DNA of 63,920 nucleotides, the filler included, from Lama guanicoe (lineage: Eukaryota), in the NCBI GenBank assembly GCA_013239625.1. It is 212 parts of 212 records of this genome, joined end to end, with 100 filler letters (N's around TTAATTAATTAA, not from the genome) between each part and the next. Parts side by side here need not be neighbours in the genome. Positions count along the whole stretch, not along the records: positions 51,338 to 51,539 come from PNXV01031388.1; positions 51,640 to 51,841 come from PNXV01031389.1; positions 51,942 to 52,143 come from PNXV01031390.1; positions 52,244 to 52,445 come from PNXV01031391.1; positions 52,546 to 52,747 come from PNXV01031392.1; positions 52,848 to 53,049 come from PNXV01031393.1; positions 53,150 to 53,351 come from PNXV01031394.1; positions 53,452 to 53,653 come from PNXV01031395.1; 204 more parts are not named here. One strand, written 5' to 3'. The position numbers and the translations under genes are program-made. Shown here in pieces: positions 51,466 through 62,410 of this stretch. Positions within the stretch are counted from its first letter, which is position 1, and each line of letters starts with the position of its first letter. The notes beneath the pieces are model-generated. The model had not been told where the DNA came from and did not search any database. It saw only the letters and a list, made by a program, of their open reading frames with translations.

Positions 51466-51539
51466 ATGCAGTTCTATCATTATCCAAATTTTAAACGAGT
51501 TTGTCCCCAGCTTTTAGTGAGAATTAAAAGAAGAGTTGG
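51466..51539 (+). CDS. HSFY: HSFY-like exon start (C-terminus of the HSF DNA-binding domain); functional copy or pseudogene undetermined
   Basis: A branch-like tactaaa, a pyrimidine tract and ttctag| precede MQFYHYPNFKRVCPQLLVRIKRRVG. Compare human HSFY as recalled, LKFYYNPNFKRGYPQLLVRVKRRIG. It is not in the ORF track. Confidence 0.78.
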
Positions 51540-53524
51540 NNNNNNNNNNNNNNNNNNNNNNNNNNNNNNNNNNNNNNNNNNNNTTAATTAATTAANNNNN
51601 NNNNNNNNNNNNNNNNNNNNNNNNNNNNNNNNNNNNNNNGTAGGACCAGGGGGAAATAACACTTCCCAAGTGCCTAGTGCCTTCCAGGATGTACAGAATC
51701 GTACACAGCTGTCATGTGAACCCTGTGAAACAGGGCTGTTACCATCACCACCTTCATGCCCGCTTAGCTGAAGAAGAAACAGGTTCGGAGAAACTGGATG
51801 GCCAAAGAAAATGGGGAATGGGGAACAGAACGCAGAACCAGNNNNNNNNNNNNNNNNNNNNNNNNNNNNNNNNNNNNNNNNNNNNTTAATTAATTAANNN
51901 NNNNNNNNNNNNNNNNNNNNNNNNNNNNNNNNNNNNNNNNNGAGGTGGAGTCAAGTAACTACCAGGCTTTTGTTCTGCTAAAATCCAGAGGTAAAAAGAG
52001 CAGGCAGTTTGAAAGCCCAGGAGAGGGAACGGGAGGGGAAAGAGAGAAGAGAGGTAACTTTGTGGGAAGAAGAGAATTCTATAAGGGGGAATTTAAAATT
52101 TTGGTTTTTTGGTGGGTGGAGGTACTTAGGTTTTTTTTTTTTTNNNNNNNNNNNNNNNNNNNNNNNNNNNNNNNNNNNNNNNNNNNNTTAATTAATTAAN
52201 NNNNNNNNNNNNNNNNNNNNNNNNNNNNNNNNNNNNNNNNNNNCCAAATCCCATTCTGTTTTTTAGTGTCTTCAGAACAATAATTTACCAAGATCATGTC
52301 CAATTTCAGTAACAATATAAGGCAAGCACACACACAGATACACAGTAACAGACACTGACAAAGACACAGACACACACGTGCACGCACACGCACATGCACA
52401 AAATATCAACCCTGCAGCAAACAAACTTAAAGTCATGGAATATTGNNNNNNNNNNNNNNNNNNNNNNNNNNNNNNNNNNNNNNNNNNNNTTAATTAATTA
52501 ANNNNNNNNNNNNNNNNNNNNNNNNNNNNNNNNNNNNNNNNNNNNACCTGCAGAGAAAACTGGGAAATATAGTTTAGCTATGTGCCCAGGAAGCGGAGAA
52601 CATGGATGTTGGTTGGAACATGAATAAATCCAATAGCAAATTGATGATTTTGACTTTGGTTTATGGTTCTACAATGCAGCATAAGCATTTTTCAGTTCAA
52701 TTTTAAGAGTTAATGAGAAAATCTACTCCCTTGTTTGACATACAACANNNNNNNNNNNNNNNNNNNNNNNNNNNNNNNNNNNNNNNNNNNNTTAATTAAT
52801 TAANNNNNNNNNNNNNNNNNNNNNNNNNNNNNNNNNNNNNNNNNNNNATTCTGGATGCGTCGTGGAGGTGGTGGGACAGACGTGCTGCAGGGCTGGCTGT
52901 GGAGCTGAGGGTGAGGCAGGGCTGGACGGGCTGTTCCCTGAGAGGAAGAGCGGAGTAGCCTGATGGTTAGGGCGTGGGGGGTGCCCCCAGGATGCCCGCG
53001 TTAGGACCCTGGTCCTCCATTCCTGGCTGTGCGGCTGGGGCATGTCGAGNNNNNNNNNNNNNNNNNNNNNNNNNNNNNNNNNNNNNNNNNNNNTTAATTA
53101 ATTAANNNNNNNNNNNNNNNNNNNNNNNNNNNNNNNNNNNNNNNNNNNNTGTTTACTGGGGAGTGGGCTGGGGGAACTGTGGGGAAAGAAGGATGGGTCC
53201 TGAAGCTTCTCTCTGGCAAACAACAAAGCCATCATGCGTGCTGACCTCGTGCAGTACACTTCGCGGAATAAGCACTGGCCGGACCGGGATCCCGCTTGAA
53301 ACTGGAAGCACGTCAGTCCCCAAGGTCTCCCTCTTCCTGCAGAAGGCTAGCNNNNNNNNNNNNNNNNNNNNNNNNNNNNNNNNNNNNNNNNNNNNTTAAT
53401 TAATTAANNNNNNNNNNNNNNNNNNNNNNNNNNNNNNNNNNNNNNNNNNNNTATCTCTTCAACTTGAGTATAATTTTTCAATCTGCTCACCAAAATAACT
53501 GTATTATTTTATATTTTCAGGGTT

Positions 53525-53653
53525 ACACAGATTCTGGTGTCAGACTCCCTAAGAACTAGACCTATGACCTTGTCAAGATACTTCTCTGTAACTCAGTTTT
53601 CCTGTCTGTCAAATGAGCATAACAGAAATACCTATCTGATTGGGTTGCAGTAG
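53525..53653 (+). mobile_element. MIR SINE fragment
   Basis: 'tctggtgtcagac...tgaccttgtcaagatacttctctgtaactcagttttcctgtctgtcaaatgag'. Confidence 0.75.
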
Positions 53654-54961
53654 NNNNNNNNNNNNNNNNNNNNNNNNNNNNNNNNNNNNNNNNNNNNTTA
53701 ATTAATTAANNNNNNNNNNNNNNNNNNNNNNNNNNNNNNNNNNNNNNNNNNNNTCTTTCCAGCTGCCCCTGTCATCACCCGATGTGCTTCTGGTCACTGT
53801 GGCCTTGGTGGCAGGAATGCAGGACGTGCATGGGCTCAATTACATGGACACCCACTCACCAGGGTCCTCCTGGTCCAGTCACTTGTGAGGACCCTTCCTG
53901 CCAGCTGCAGAGAGAAATCCTAACATCCTGACTGGCAGCATTTCCTGGGCTGCTCNNNNNNNNNNNNNNNNNNNNNNNNNNNNNNNNNNNNNNNNNNNNT
54001 TAATTAATTAANNNNNNNNNNNNNNNNNNNNNNNNNNNNNNNNNNNNNNNNNNNNGTGAAAATATCCCTCGGGAGTGAAAGAGAACAAGGTGCTCTCAGA
54101 TGAACGAAAACTAAAGCGGAGTCACTGCTGTCAGGCCTGCGCCTGCGTCTCTGTCCCATGCGCTGCCGCACCCTTTCCGCGGCCCCCGGCTGCTCCCTGG
54201 CCGTGCTGTAGGCTCTCACCCGCACAGCTGCCCCTGCGGACATTCCTCCGTGTCTCCNNNNNNNNNNNNNNNNNNNNNNNNNNNNNNNNNNNNNNNNNNN
54301 NTTAATTAATTAANNNNNNNNNNNNNNNNNNNNNNNNNNNNNNNNNNNNNNNNNNNNTCATTCTCTTTCTAGCTGTAGTTCCTGAAGCATCACACTGTGA
54401 GGTGACTCTTTCTGAGACATTGCTTTTATTATTGCCATACCTCAAATTAAAGACCTTTATTGGCTTTCACTGGCCTGAAACATTAAGCTCAAACTACTAC
54501 TTGCACGGCATTCGCTGCCCTTCCTAATCTGACCACATCCGACCTGGAAAAGCTCTTCCNNNNNNNNNNNNNNNNNNNNNNNNNNNNNNNNNNNNNNNNN
54601 NNNTTAATTAATTAANNNNNNNNNNNNNNNNNNNNNNNNNNNNNNNNNNNNNNNNNNNNCAATAAGACTGGAGTCATTGGAGCAAGGAGAAGAGTAGCCT
54701 GAGAAGATGGTGGGGAGGTGGATGGACCAGCGGCACCTCTGGACAAGGCCGGAGAGCTCGGACTTCAGCTAGAGGAAAGTGGGAGGCCATCAAGGGGTTG
54801 AGTCAAGTGAACTCATGTGATCAAATCTGTCTTTTGATTGAGACCAAAGAGAAGATCACTGNNNNNNNNNNNNNNNNNNNNNNNNNNNNNNNNNNNNNNN
54901 NNNNNTTAATTAATTAANNNNNNNNNNNNNNNNNNNNNNNNNNNNNNNNNNNNNNNNNNNN

Positions 54962-55110
54962 CGCGACAGCCTCCGCGCCCGGCCCTGCTCGCCCCGCTCG
55001 CGGGCCCCGCGCCCCCGCCCTCCCGCTTGGCCGCTCACCCGGCCGCCGCGGGTCCCGGTCCCGGGAAGAGGCGTCTACTCCAACGGCCTCAGGCCTACGC
55101 TGCCCCGAAG
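54962..55110 (-). promoter_or_regulatory. CpG-island edge with a candidate first-exon donor
   Basis: Dense CpG and GC boxes, with a minus-strand CGG|GTGAGC near 55038. Confidence 0.5.
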
Positions 55111-55263
55111 TGTTTAAGACATCTAAAAACCTCAATGAAAGTTATCACTGAAGTTCATAGAAANNNNNNNNNNNNNNNNNNNNNNNNNNNNNNNNNNNNN
55201 NNNNNNNTTAATTAATTAANNNNNNNNNNNNNNNNNNNNNNNNNNNNNNNNNNNNNNNNNNNN

Positions 55264-55465
55264 CTGCCGCCTCTCTCCTCGGCTTGCATGTGACCCTTCT
55301 CCCTGTGTCCTCATATGGTCTGGTCCCTGTTTGTCCACATTCCTAGCATCTCTTTGTGTGTCCAAATACCTTGTTCTTCTAACGACATCAGTCGTACTGA
55401 ATTAGGACCCTCACAGTCTCACGTTCACCTCGTCAGTACGTTGAAGGCCCTCCCTCAGTGCTGTC
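55264..55465 (-). mobile_element. MaLR (MLT1-like) LTR fragment
   Basis: 'ggcttgcatg...cttctccctgtgtcctcatatggtc...tgtgtccaaataccttgttcttctaacgacatcagtcgtactgaattaggaccc'. Confidence 0.75.
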
Positions 55466-55565
55466 NNNNNNNNNNNNNNNNNNNNNNNNNNNNNNNNNNN
55501 NNNNNNNNNTTAATTAATTAANNNNNNNNNNNNNNNNNNNNNNNNNNNNNNNNNNNNNNNNNNNN

Positions 55566-55767
55566 CTATATTCTATATTCTTTATTCTATATTCTACATT
55601 CCGTATCCTATATTATAAATTCTGAGTTTTACATTCTATTTTCTAATTTCGATACTCAGTATTCTGTATTCTATATTCTAATTTCTGTGTTCTAAATTCC
55701 ATGTTCTAAATTCTCTAATCTATATTCTCTATTCTATGTTCTCTATTCTGTGTTCTCAATTCTATAT
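55566..55767. repeat. 7-bp-period degenerate satellite (TATTCTA)n
   Basis: 'ttct' recurs every 7 nt across the whole contig. Confidence 0.9.
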
Positions 55768-56169
55768 NNNNNNNNNNNNNNNNNNNNNNNNNNNNNNNNN
55801 NNNNNNNNNNNTTAATTAATTAANNNNNNNNNNNNNNNNNNNNNNNNNNNNNNNNNNNNNNNNNNNNCTTGATACAGTCTGGAGGGCGGGGGCTATGGCC
55901 TTATCTGAAAGATTGAAATTGAGATTGGATAATAAAATATAATGCCTTGTTGTGTTTACCTAAAATTATCTATCGGAAACTTCTACCAGGTAGTCATGGA
56001 CTAGAAGATTACCAGATCTTCCTGATAGCAGGGAGGTCTGCAGACTGTCACCCACTCCACAGCTACGGANNNNNNNNNNNNNNNNNNNNNNNNNNNNNNN
56101 NNNNNNNNNNNNNTTAATTAATTAANNNNNNNNNNNNNNNNNNNNNNNNNNNNNNNNNNNNNNNNNNNN

Positions 56170-56371
56170 GAATATAGAATATAGAATATAGATTGTAGAA
56201 CCCAGAATTTAGAACATGTAATGCAGAACTGAGAATTTAGAATATAGCATACGGAATACTCAATATAGTATTTAGAACATAGAATGTAGAACACAGAATA
56301 TTGAATATAGAATACGGATTGCAGAATATAGAATACAGAATATATAATGTAGAAAACAGAATATAGATTAT
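56170..56371. repeat. 7-bp-period degenerate satellite (AGAATAT)n, the opposite strand of the 55566 family
   Basis: 'agaa' recurs every 7 nt across the whole contig. Confidence 0.9.
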
Positions 56372-56471
56372 NNNNNNNNNNNNNNNNNNNNNNNNNNNNN
56401 NNNNNNNNNNNNNNNTTAATTAATTAANNNNNNNNNNNNNNNNNNNNNNNNNNNNNNNNNNNNNNNNNNNN

Positions 56472-56673
56472 AAATAGCACCCAAAGTAATAAAATACCTA
56501 GGAATAAATCTAACCAAGGCCATGAAAGACTTACACATGGAGAACTCAAAACATTAAGAAAATTAAAGAAGATTTTAAAAAATGGAAAGATATGCATGCT
56601 TCTGGATTGGAAGAATCAGTATTGTTGAAATGGTCACACTGCCCGAGGCAACCTACAGATTTAATGCAATCCC
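56472..56673 (+). mobile_element. L1 ORF2 fragment
   Basis: 'aaaatacctaggaataaatctaaccaag' (KYLGINLTK) ... 'tggattggaagaatcagtattgttgaaatg' (WIGRISIVEM), with frameshifts. Confidence 0.92.
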
Positions 56674-57075
56674 NNNNNNNNNNNNNNNNNNNNNNNNNNN
56701 NNNNNNNNNNNNNNNNNTTAATTAATTAANNNNNNNNNNNNNNNNNNNNNNNNNNNNNNNNNNNNNNNNNNNNGTATCTGGCATCTGTCTGCTTTGAACT
56801 TTTCAAACTTTTTCTACTTTCAGTTTCTCTGACAACTACTTGATCCACATAACGAGTATATTAAAACACTGCGTTTTGATTCTTTGATCCTGTGAGCTCA
56901 GAGTTTCCAATTTATCAGTTGTCTATATGGAGAACAACTCAGTTCATCTGAGCTTTCCCTCCAGACACAGGATTGNNNNNNNNNNNNNNNNNNNNNNNNN
57001 NNNNNNNNNNNNNNNNNNNTTAATTAATTAANNNNNNNNNNNNNNNNNNNNNNNNNNNNNNNNNNNNNNNNNNNN

Positions 57076-57277
57076 CTCCTGGGCCTGGACACACCTGGGC
57101 CTGCCCCCAACTGTCCTGCCCTCTACTGTATCTGCACACCCCTAGGCCTGCACACTCATGTGCCTGCTCCATCCTGTGCATGCACACTCCTGTGTCTGAA
57201 CACTCCTGTGCATGCATACTCCTGGCCCTCCCTCTCCTGGGAATGCAGACACCTGGGCCTGCACACTCCTGGACCTG
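57076..57277. repeat. Degenerate ~16-bp minisatellite (CTCCTGKGCMTGCACA-like)
   Basis: Repeated cctgggcctgcacact / cctgtgcatgcacact units. Confidence 0.7.
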
Positions 57278-58283
57278 NNNNNNNNNNNNNNNNNNNNNNN
57301 NNNNNNNNNNNNNNNNNNNNNTTAATTAATTAANNNNNNNNNNNNNNNNNNNNNNNNNNNNNNNNNNNNNNNNNNNNTCAGAGGTATAATCACACCGTGT
57401 ATCAATAAAGATAAAATACATAGTAAATGAAATTTTGCTTTCTGGCTGCTTTGGGATTATACGGCTAATGGCCACAAGGCCGACACTCAGGCAATTAGAA
57501 TAGGGAGATTCCTTAGCTCTGAGAGCATCGGCAGGATTCCAAACTGTACACATTGAGTAAATCAGACAGTAGGGGCAGANNNNNNNNNNNNNNNNNNNNN
57601 NNNNNNNNNNNNNNNNNNNNNNNTTAATTAATTAANNNNNNNNNNNNNNNNNNNNNNNNNNNNNNNNNNNNNNNNNNNNATATCAGCAAAGAAAAAGCAG
57701 TTATTAAAAACAAAAGGAATCAAATGGAAGCTATAATGTGGAAATTGCAGTAACAGAAATTGTCAGGTCTTGTGAGATGGGCTCATGGTTGGAGCGGAGA
57801 TCCCAAAGGATTGAATCAGTGAACTTGAAGACAGATGGATAGGATGGGTCCAACCTGAACAGGGGAAACACAGAGGTGAAANNNNNNNNNNNNNNNNNNN
57901 NNNNNNNNNNNNNNNNNNNNNNNNNTTAATTAATTAANNNNNNNNNNNNNNNNNNNNNNNNNNNNNNNNNNNNNNNNNNNNAAAAAAAAATGCCCCAAAG
58001 ATAACAAAGAGTGTCTGCGTAACTCTAAGGAACGAGAATTGCCCTTGTGTACTGTGGTGAGTGATTCTGAGTGTGCTTCCTCAGTGAAGGAACAGAATTC
58101 AACTGAGTAGATTTTAAAGGTCTCACTGGCTTTCTTCGGTGATTCATAAGTTGAGCCGCATGCCTCTGCAGGAAAGAAAGTAANNNNNNNNNNNNNNNNN
58201 NNNNNNNNNNNNNNNNNNNNNNNNNNNTTAATTAATTAANNNNNNNNNNNNNNNNNNNNNNNNNNNNNNNNNNNNNNNNNNNN

Positions 58284-58425
58284 ATTACCCTGATACCAAA
58301 ATCAAAGGCATCACAAGAGACGAAAACCACAGACCAATACCCCCTCTGAGTCTAGCTGGAAAAATCCTTCACAAATCCAGCAAATTGAATCCAGCAACAG
58401 AGCAGAAGAATTATATATCATGACT
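58284..58425 (+). mobile_element. L1 ORF2 RT fragment
   Basis: 'attaccctgataccaaaa...ccacagaccaatacccc...aaaatcct...gcaaattgaatccagcaac'. Confidence 0.82.
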
Positions 58426-61400
58426 GTATTGAGCATGTCTTTTTATCCTTATGCTTTGAAATCTGAGACCCTGCTGACTCTGGAGNNNNNNNNNNNNNNN
58501 NNNNNNNNNNNNNNNNNNNNNNNNNNNNNTTAATTAATTAANNNNNNNNNNNNNNNNNNNNNNNNNNNNNNNNNNNNNNNNNNNNTCTATTCAGGGTATT
58601 TTGTCTTCTATAAAAATTTTTGGATCAATAATTCTCTTTCTGTGTTCACATCTTGTATGTTGTTTGGCCTGAGGCTTACCCACCCTTAAGCCTACAAGAT
58701 GTTTTGTGGGGCTGGGTCTTGGTACCTAAGGATCCAATCAAGGTGTCAGCCTCCAGGGAAGCTCACTTACATGAACATTCCTGGAATNNNNNNNNNNNNN
58801 NNNNNNNNNNNNNNNNNNNNNNNNNNNNNNNTTAATTAATTAANNNNNNNNNNNNNNNNNNNNNNNNNNNNNNNNNNNNNNNNNNNNCTGTGAGGCTGTC
58901 TACAAAGCAACAATGAAAGGACTAAATAAAGTGTAACGATAACACGAAGAAATGTTAACCAGGAGAAGACAAGGTATAGTGTGGCATAAAATCTCCACAA
59001 GCAATACATTTCTTTCATTTATTATTAACTTTGAGAACCATAAGAGAGACAGGTAAGATCACATTAGAATAATGGAAATAAAAATGTAANNNNNNNNNNN
59101 NNNNNNNNNNNNNNNNNNNNNNNNNNNNNNNNNTTAATTAATTAANNNNNNNNNNNNNNNNNNNNNNNNNNNNNNNNNNNNNNNNNNNNCAGGCAAATTC
59201 CAAGACTCAGGTGGACTGAGAAAGACCTAGGAGGCCAGGAGGAGGGGCTGAGAGTTTCCGCGGGGACAGAGACCCGAGCTCCTGAGGTGACTGGGCACAC
59301 GGAATTGGGGTGGGGGCCCAGCTCACTCCAACATGAACCCAACTTAACTAATTACATCTGAACTGGCTCCAGTTTTGAATAAGGTCCCACTNNNNNNNNN
59401 NNNNNNNNNNNNNNNNNNNNNNNNNNNNNNNNNNNTTAATTAATTAANNNNNNNNNNNNNNNNNNNNNNNNNNNNNNNNNNNNNNNNNNNNTCTACTAAG
59501 TAATTTGCTCTTAGATTTTGCCAACCAATCTTGAGTTTCTGTCATTTCCTTCTCCAAAGATCAGCCACCTTCTTAGGGCCAGACTGACTCCTTTTCTTCT
59601 CCCTATTTGAAGAATCTTAATTAAAAAAAATCATTAAAAATTTTTTTTCATTTCTTGGGGATGGTAATTAAGTTTATTTATTTATTTATTACTNNNNNNN
59701 NNNNNNNNNNNNNNNNNNNNNNNNNNNNNNNNNNNNNTTAATTAATTAANNNNNNNNNNNNNNNNNNNNNNNNNNNNNNNNNNNNNNNNNNNNAGATGAA
59801 ATGCTACAAAGATCAGGTGGTGTGCAGACCCAAACCACGTGGCGATCAGCACGCCGTCCGTGACTTCATGACAGCAACCTCAACAGCCATGGATACAAAA
59901 CACCCAGCAATTGAGACGCAAAGAGAAAATGAGAACGTGGTGGCCGGGAATGGAGAATATTCTCAGAGGAGCTTGGCTGTTCAAGGGAAGAAGATNNNNN
60001 NNNNNNNNNNNNNNNNNNNNNNNNNNNNNNNNNNNNNNNTTAATTAATTAANNNNNNNNNNNNNNNNNNNNNNNNNNNNNNNNNNNNNNNNNNNNTTCCA
60101 GGAGCACATTTTCTCTCTAGCATTATAAATCTCAACCAAAGTCAATCTTGAGGAATATGATTCAAGTTCAGGCCCAAACTTCAACAGTTTAATTTTCTAT
60201 TTTAATTAGGTAAAAAAAAATAGCAATTTCACAACCACATCCCACATCAATGCAATATTATAGCAGAGTTAATAAAATCCAGGGTTTGGGCCATAACNNN
60301 NNNNNNNNNNNNNNNNNNNNNNNNNNNNNNNNNNNNNNNNNTTAATTAATTAANNNNNNNNNNNNNNNNNNNNNNNNNNNNNNNNNNNNNNNNNNNNCAT
60401 TCTCTGAATCTTGATTTTCTCAAGTGGTGAACAAGACAGGGAGCTGGCAGGAAAAGGAGCCCCTGTCTTCGTGAATGTAGAGAGAGGATGATCTCCAGGG
60501 TTCCCCTGTGCTCACTTCTGTTGGCTCCATGATGATGCGAAGGGCAGCGTTCTGTCCTTCTCTGAGTCAAACCGGCGAAGAGGTGATCTTACAGAGGCTN
60601 NNNNNNNNNNNNNNNNNNNNNNNNNNNNNNNNNNNNNNNNNNNTTAATTAATTAANNNNNNNNNNNNNNNNNNNNNNNNNNNNNNNNNNNNNNNNNNNNA
60701 TACGAAGCTATAGATCATTGGTATTAATAAGCGCAGCAGATTTGTTAGGTATTTTATTTTTTGTCTTGTGCTGATGAGCACTATTAACGCTTTACTGTAA
60801 ATAAATACAGTAAGTTAGCAACGAGGAAAATGTTGATATTCAGCTGTTTGCGTAGAAGAAAATTATTTTATTCTCCCTCTCCCTGCTGCTCTCACTGGAG
60901 ANNNNNNNNNNNNNNNNNNNNNNNNNNNNNNNNNNNNNNNNNNNNTTAATTAATTAANNNNNNNNNNNNNNNNNNNNNNNNNNNNNNNNNNNNNNNNNNN
61001 NAGTTATCTTATCTTTCTGACATCAAATCTCCACACTCACCAATATCTATTGCTGTGTTGTGTTCTTTCTGTCACTGGTTGCAATGGATGAAATGCCTTC
61101 TTCCTGTCCAGAATGAATCACTCCGTGTGTGCCCTGGTTCCTCACCACTGACGATATCTCAGAGAAGTTACATGACTTGTTATAGACTCTCCTGTATCTT
61201 CAANNNNNNNNNNNNNNNNNNNNNNNNNNNNNNNNNNNNNNNNNNNNTTAATTAATTAANNNNNNNNNNNNNNNNNNNNNNNNNNNNNNNNNNNNNNNNN
61301 NNNCAAAGCACTTTCTTTATATTAAAATACAGATTTATATTGTCATCAAAATCACTACACACAATAAAAGCACTACAGATTTGCTCAAAAATTAGACTTC

Positions 61401-62209
61401 TCTTTCCTGTTATCTTTACTCAAACCTGAACTTTCTATTTGCAAATGTGTACATAATTCCAATAATGGTATTTTTTTAATTGAAGTACAATCAGTTATAA
61501 TGTGTNNNNNNNNNNNNNNNNNNNNNNNNNNNNNNNNNNNNNNNNNNNNTTAATTAATTAANNNNNNNNNNNNNNNNNNNNNNNNNNNNNNNNNNNNNNN
61601 NNNNNAAGGTTCTACCTTCTCTTTTGTCTTCTAAAACAAGGCCCACGTCTGTGGCCGCAGAGCAAACTTCAGAGAATTTAAGAGGACAATGTTGAGCCAA
61701 AGTGGACTTGCCGGTTGCTGGATGGGCTGGACGTCAGAGGCTCCTGACAGCTGGGGGGAGGAGGTGTGGAGACAGCGCTGTGCCCTAGACTTTCTGGGTG
61801 GAAGCTTNNNNNNNNNNNNNNNNNNNNNNNNNNNNNNNNNNNNNNNNNNNNTTAATTAATTAANNNNNNNNNNNNNNNNNNNNNNNNNNNNNNNNNNNNN
61901 NNNNNNNAGAGCGACTTCACCTCAGACAGAGGGTCCCTAGAAAATTGAGAGTGTCCTGGGAGACCCGCTCAAGATTAAGATCAAGAGGGACCAGAAAAGG
62001 ATCCACGAGCCCTGCTCTAGCCACACCTGGAAGCTGGCTAGTCAACACACGGCTGAAGCCTGAGGAAAGCTCAACGAAGCTGTTAAATGTATTTCTTTTG
62101 TGCTCCCTTNNNNNNNNNNNNNNNNNNNNNNNNNNNNNNNNNNNNNNNNNNNNTTAATTAATTAANNNNNNNNNNNNNNNNNNNNNNNNNNNNNNNNNNN
62201 NNNNNNNNN

Positions 62210-62410
62210 TTCACTGTAAAACTGAGGTGGAGCTTGTACCTCCCCATATATATGTATGCAGTAGGGTTAGCAACTGAACGGAAAATTTTTGTTTCAAACA
62301 AGATACGTGAACGGCGGCTTTCGCACATGTTTAACTCTCAGAACTGAGCATGTGGAGAGATGTTCGCTCATCTAGCACAAAGGGAACGGGTTCCAGGAGT
62401 AACACTTACC
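62210..62410 (+). repeat. Satellite monomer fragment (~248-bp family), copy 3
   Basis: Its 5' part aligns with 705-805 and its 3' part (62362 onward) aligns with 605-655, showing circular permutation. Confidence 0.85.

Noticed and set aside
5134..51539. Functional clustering of EEF1A1, IYD, CSF2RB and HSFY
   Set aside because: The contigs are unlinked, and their co-occurrence reflects length sorting only.
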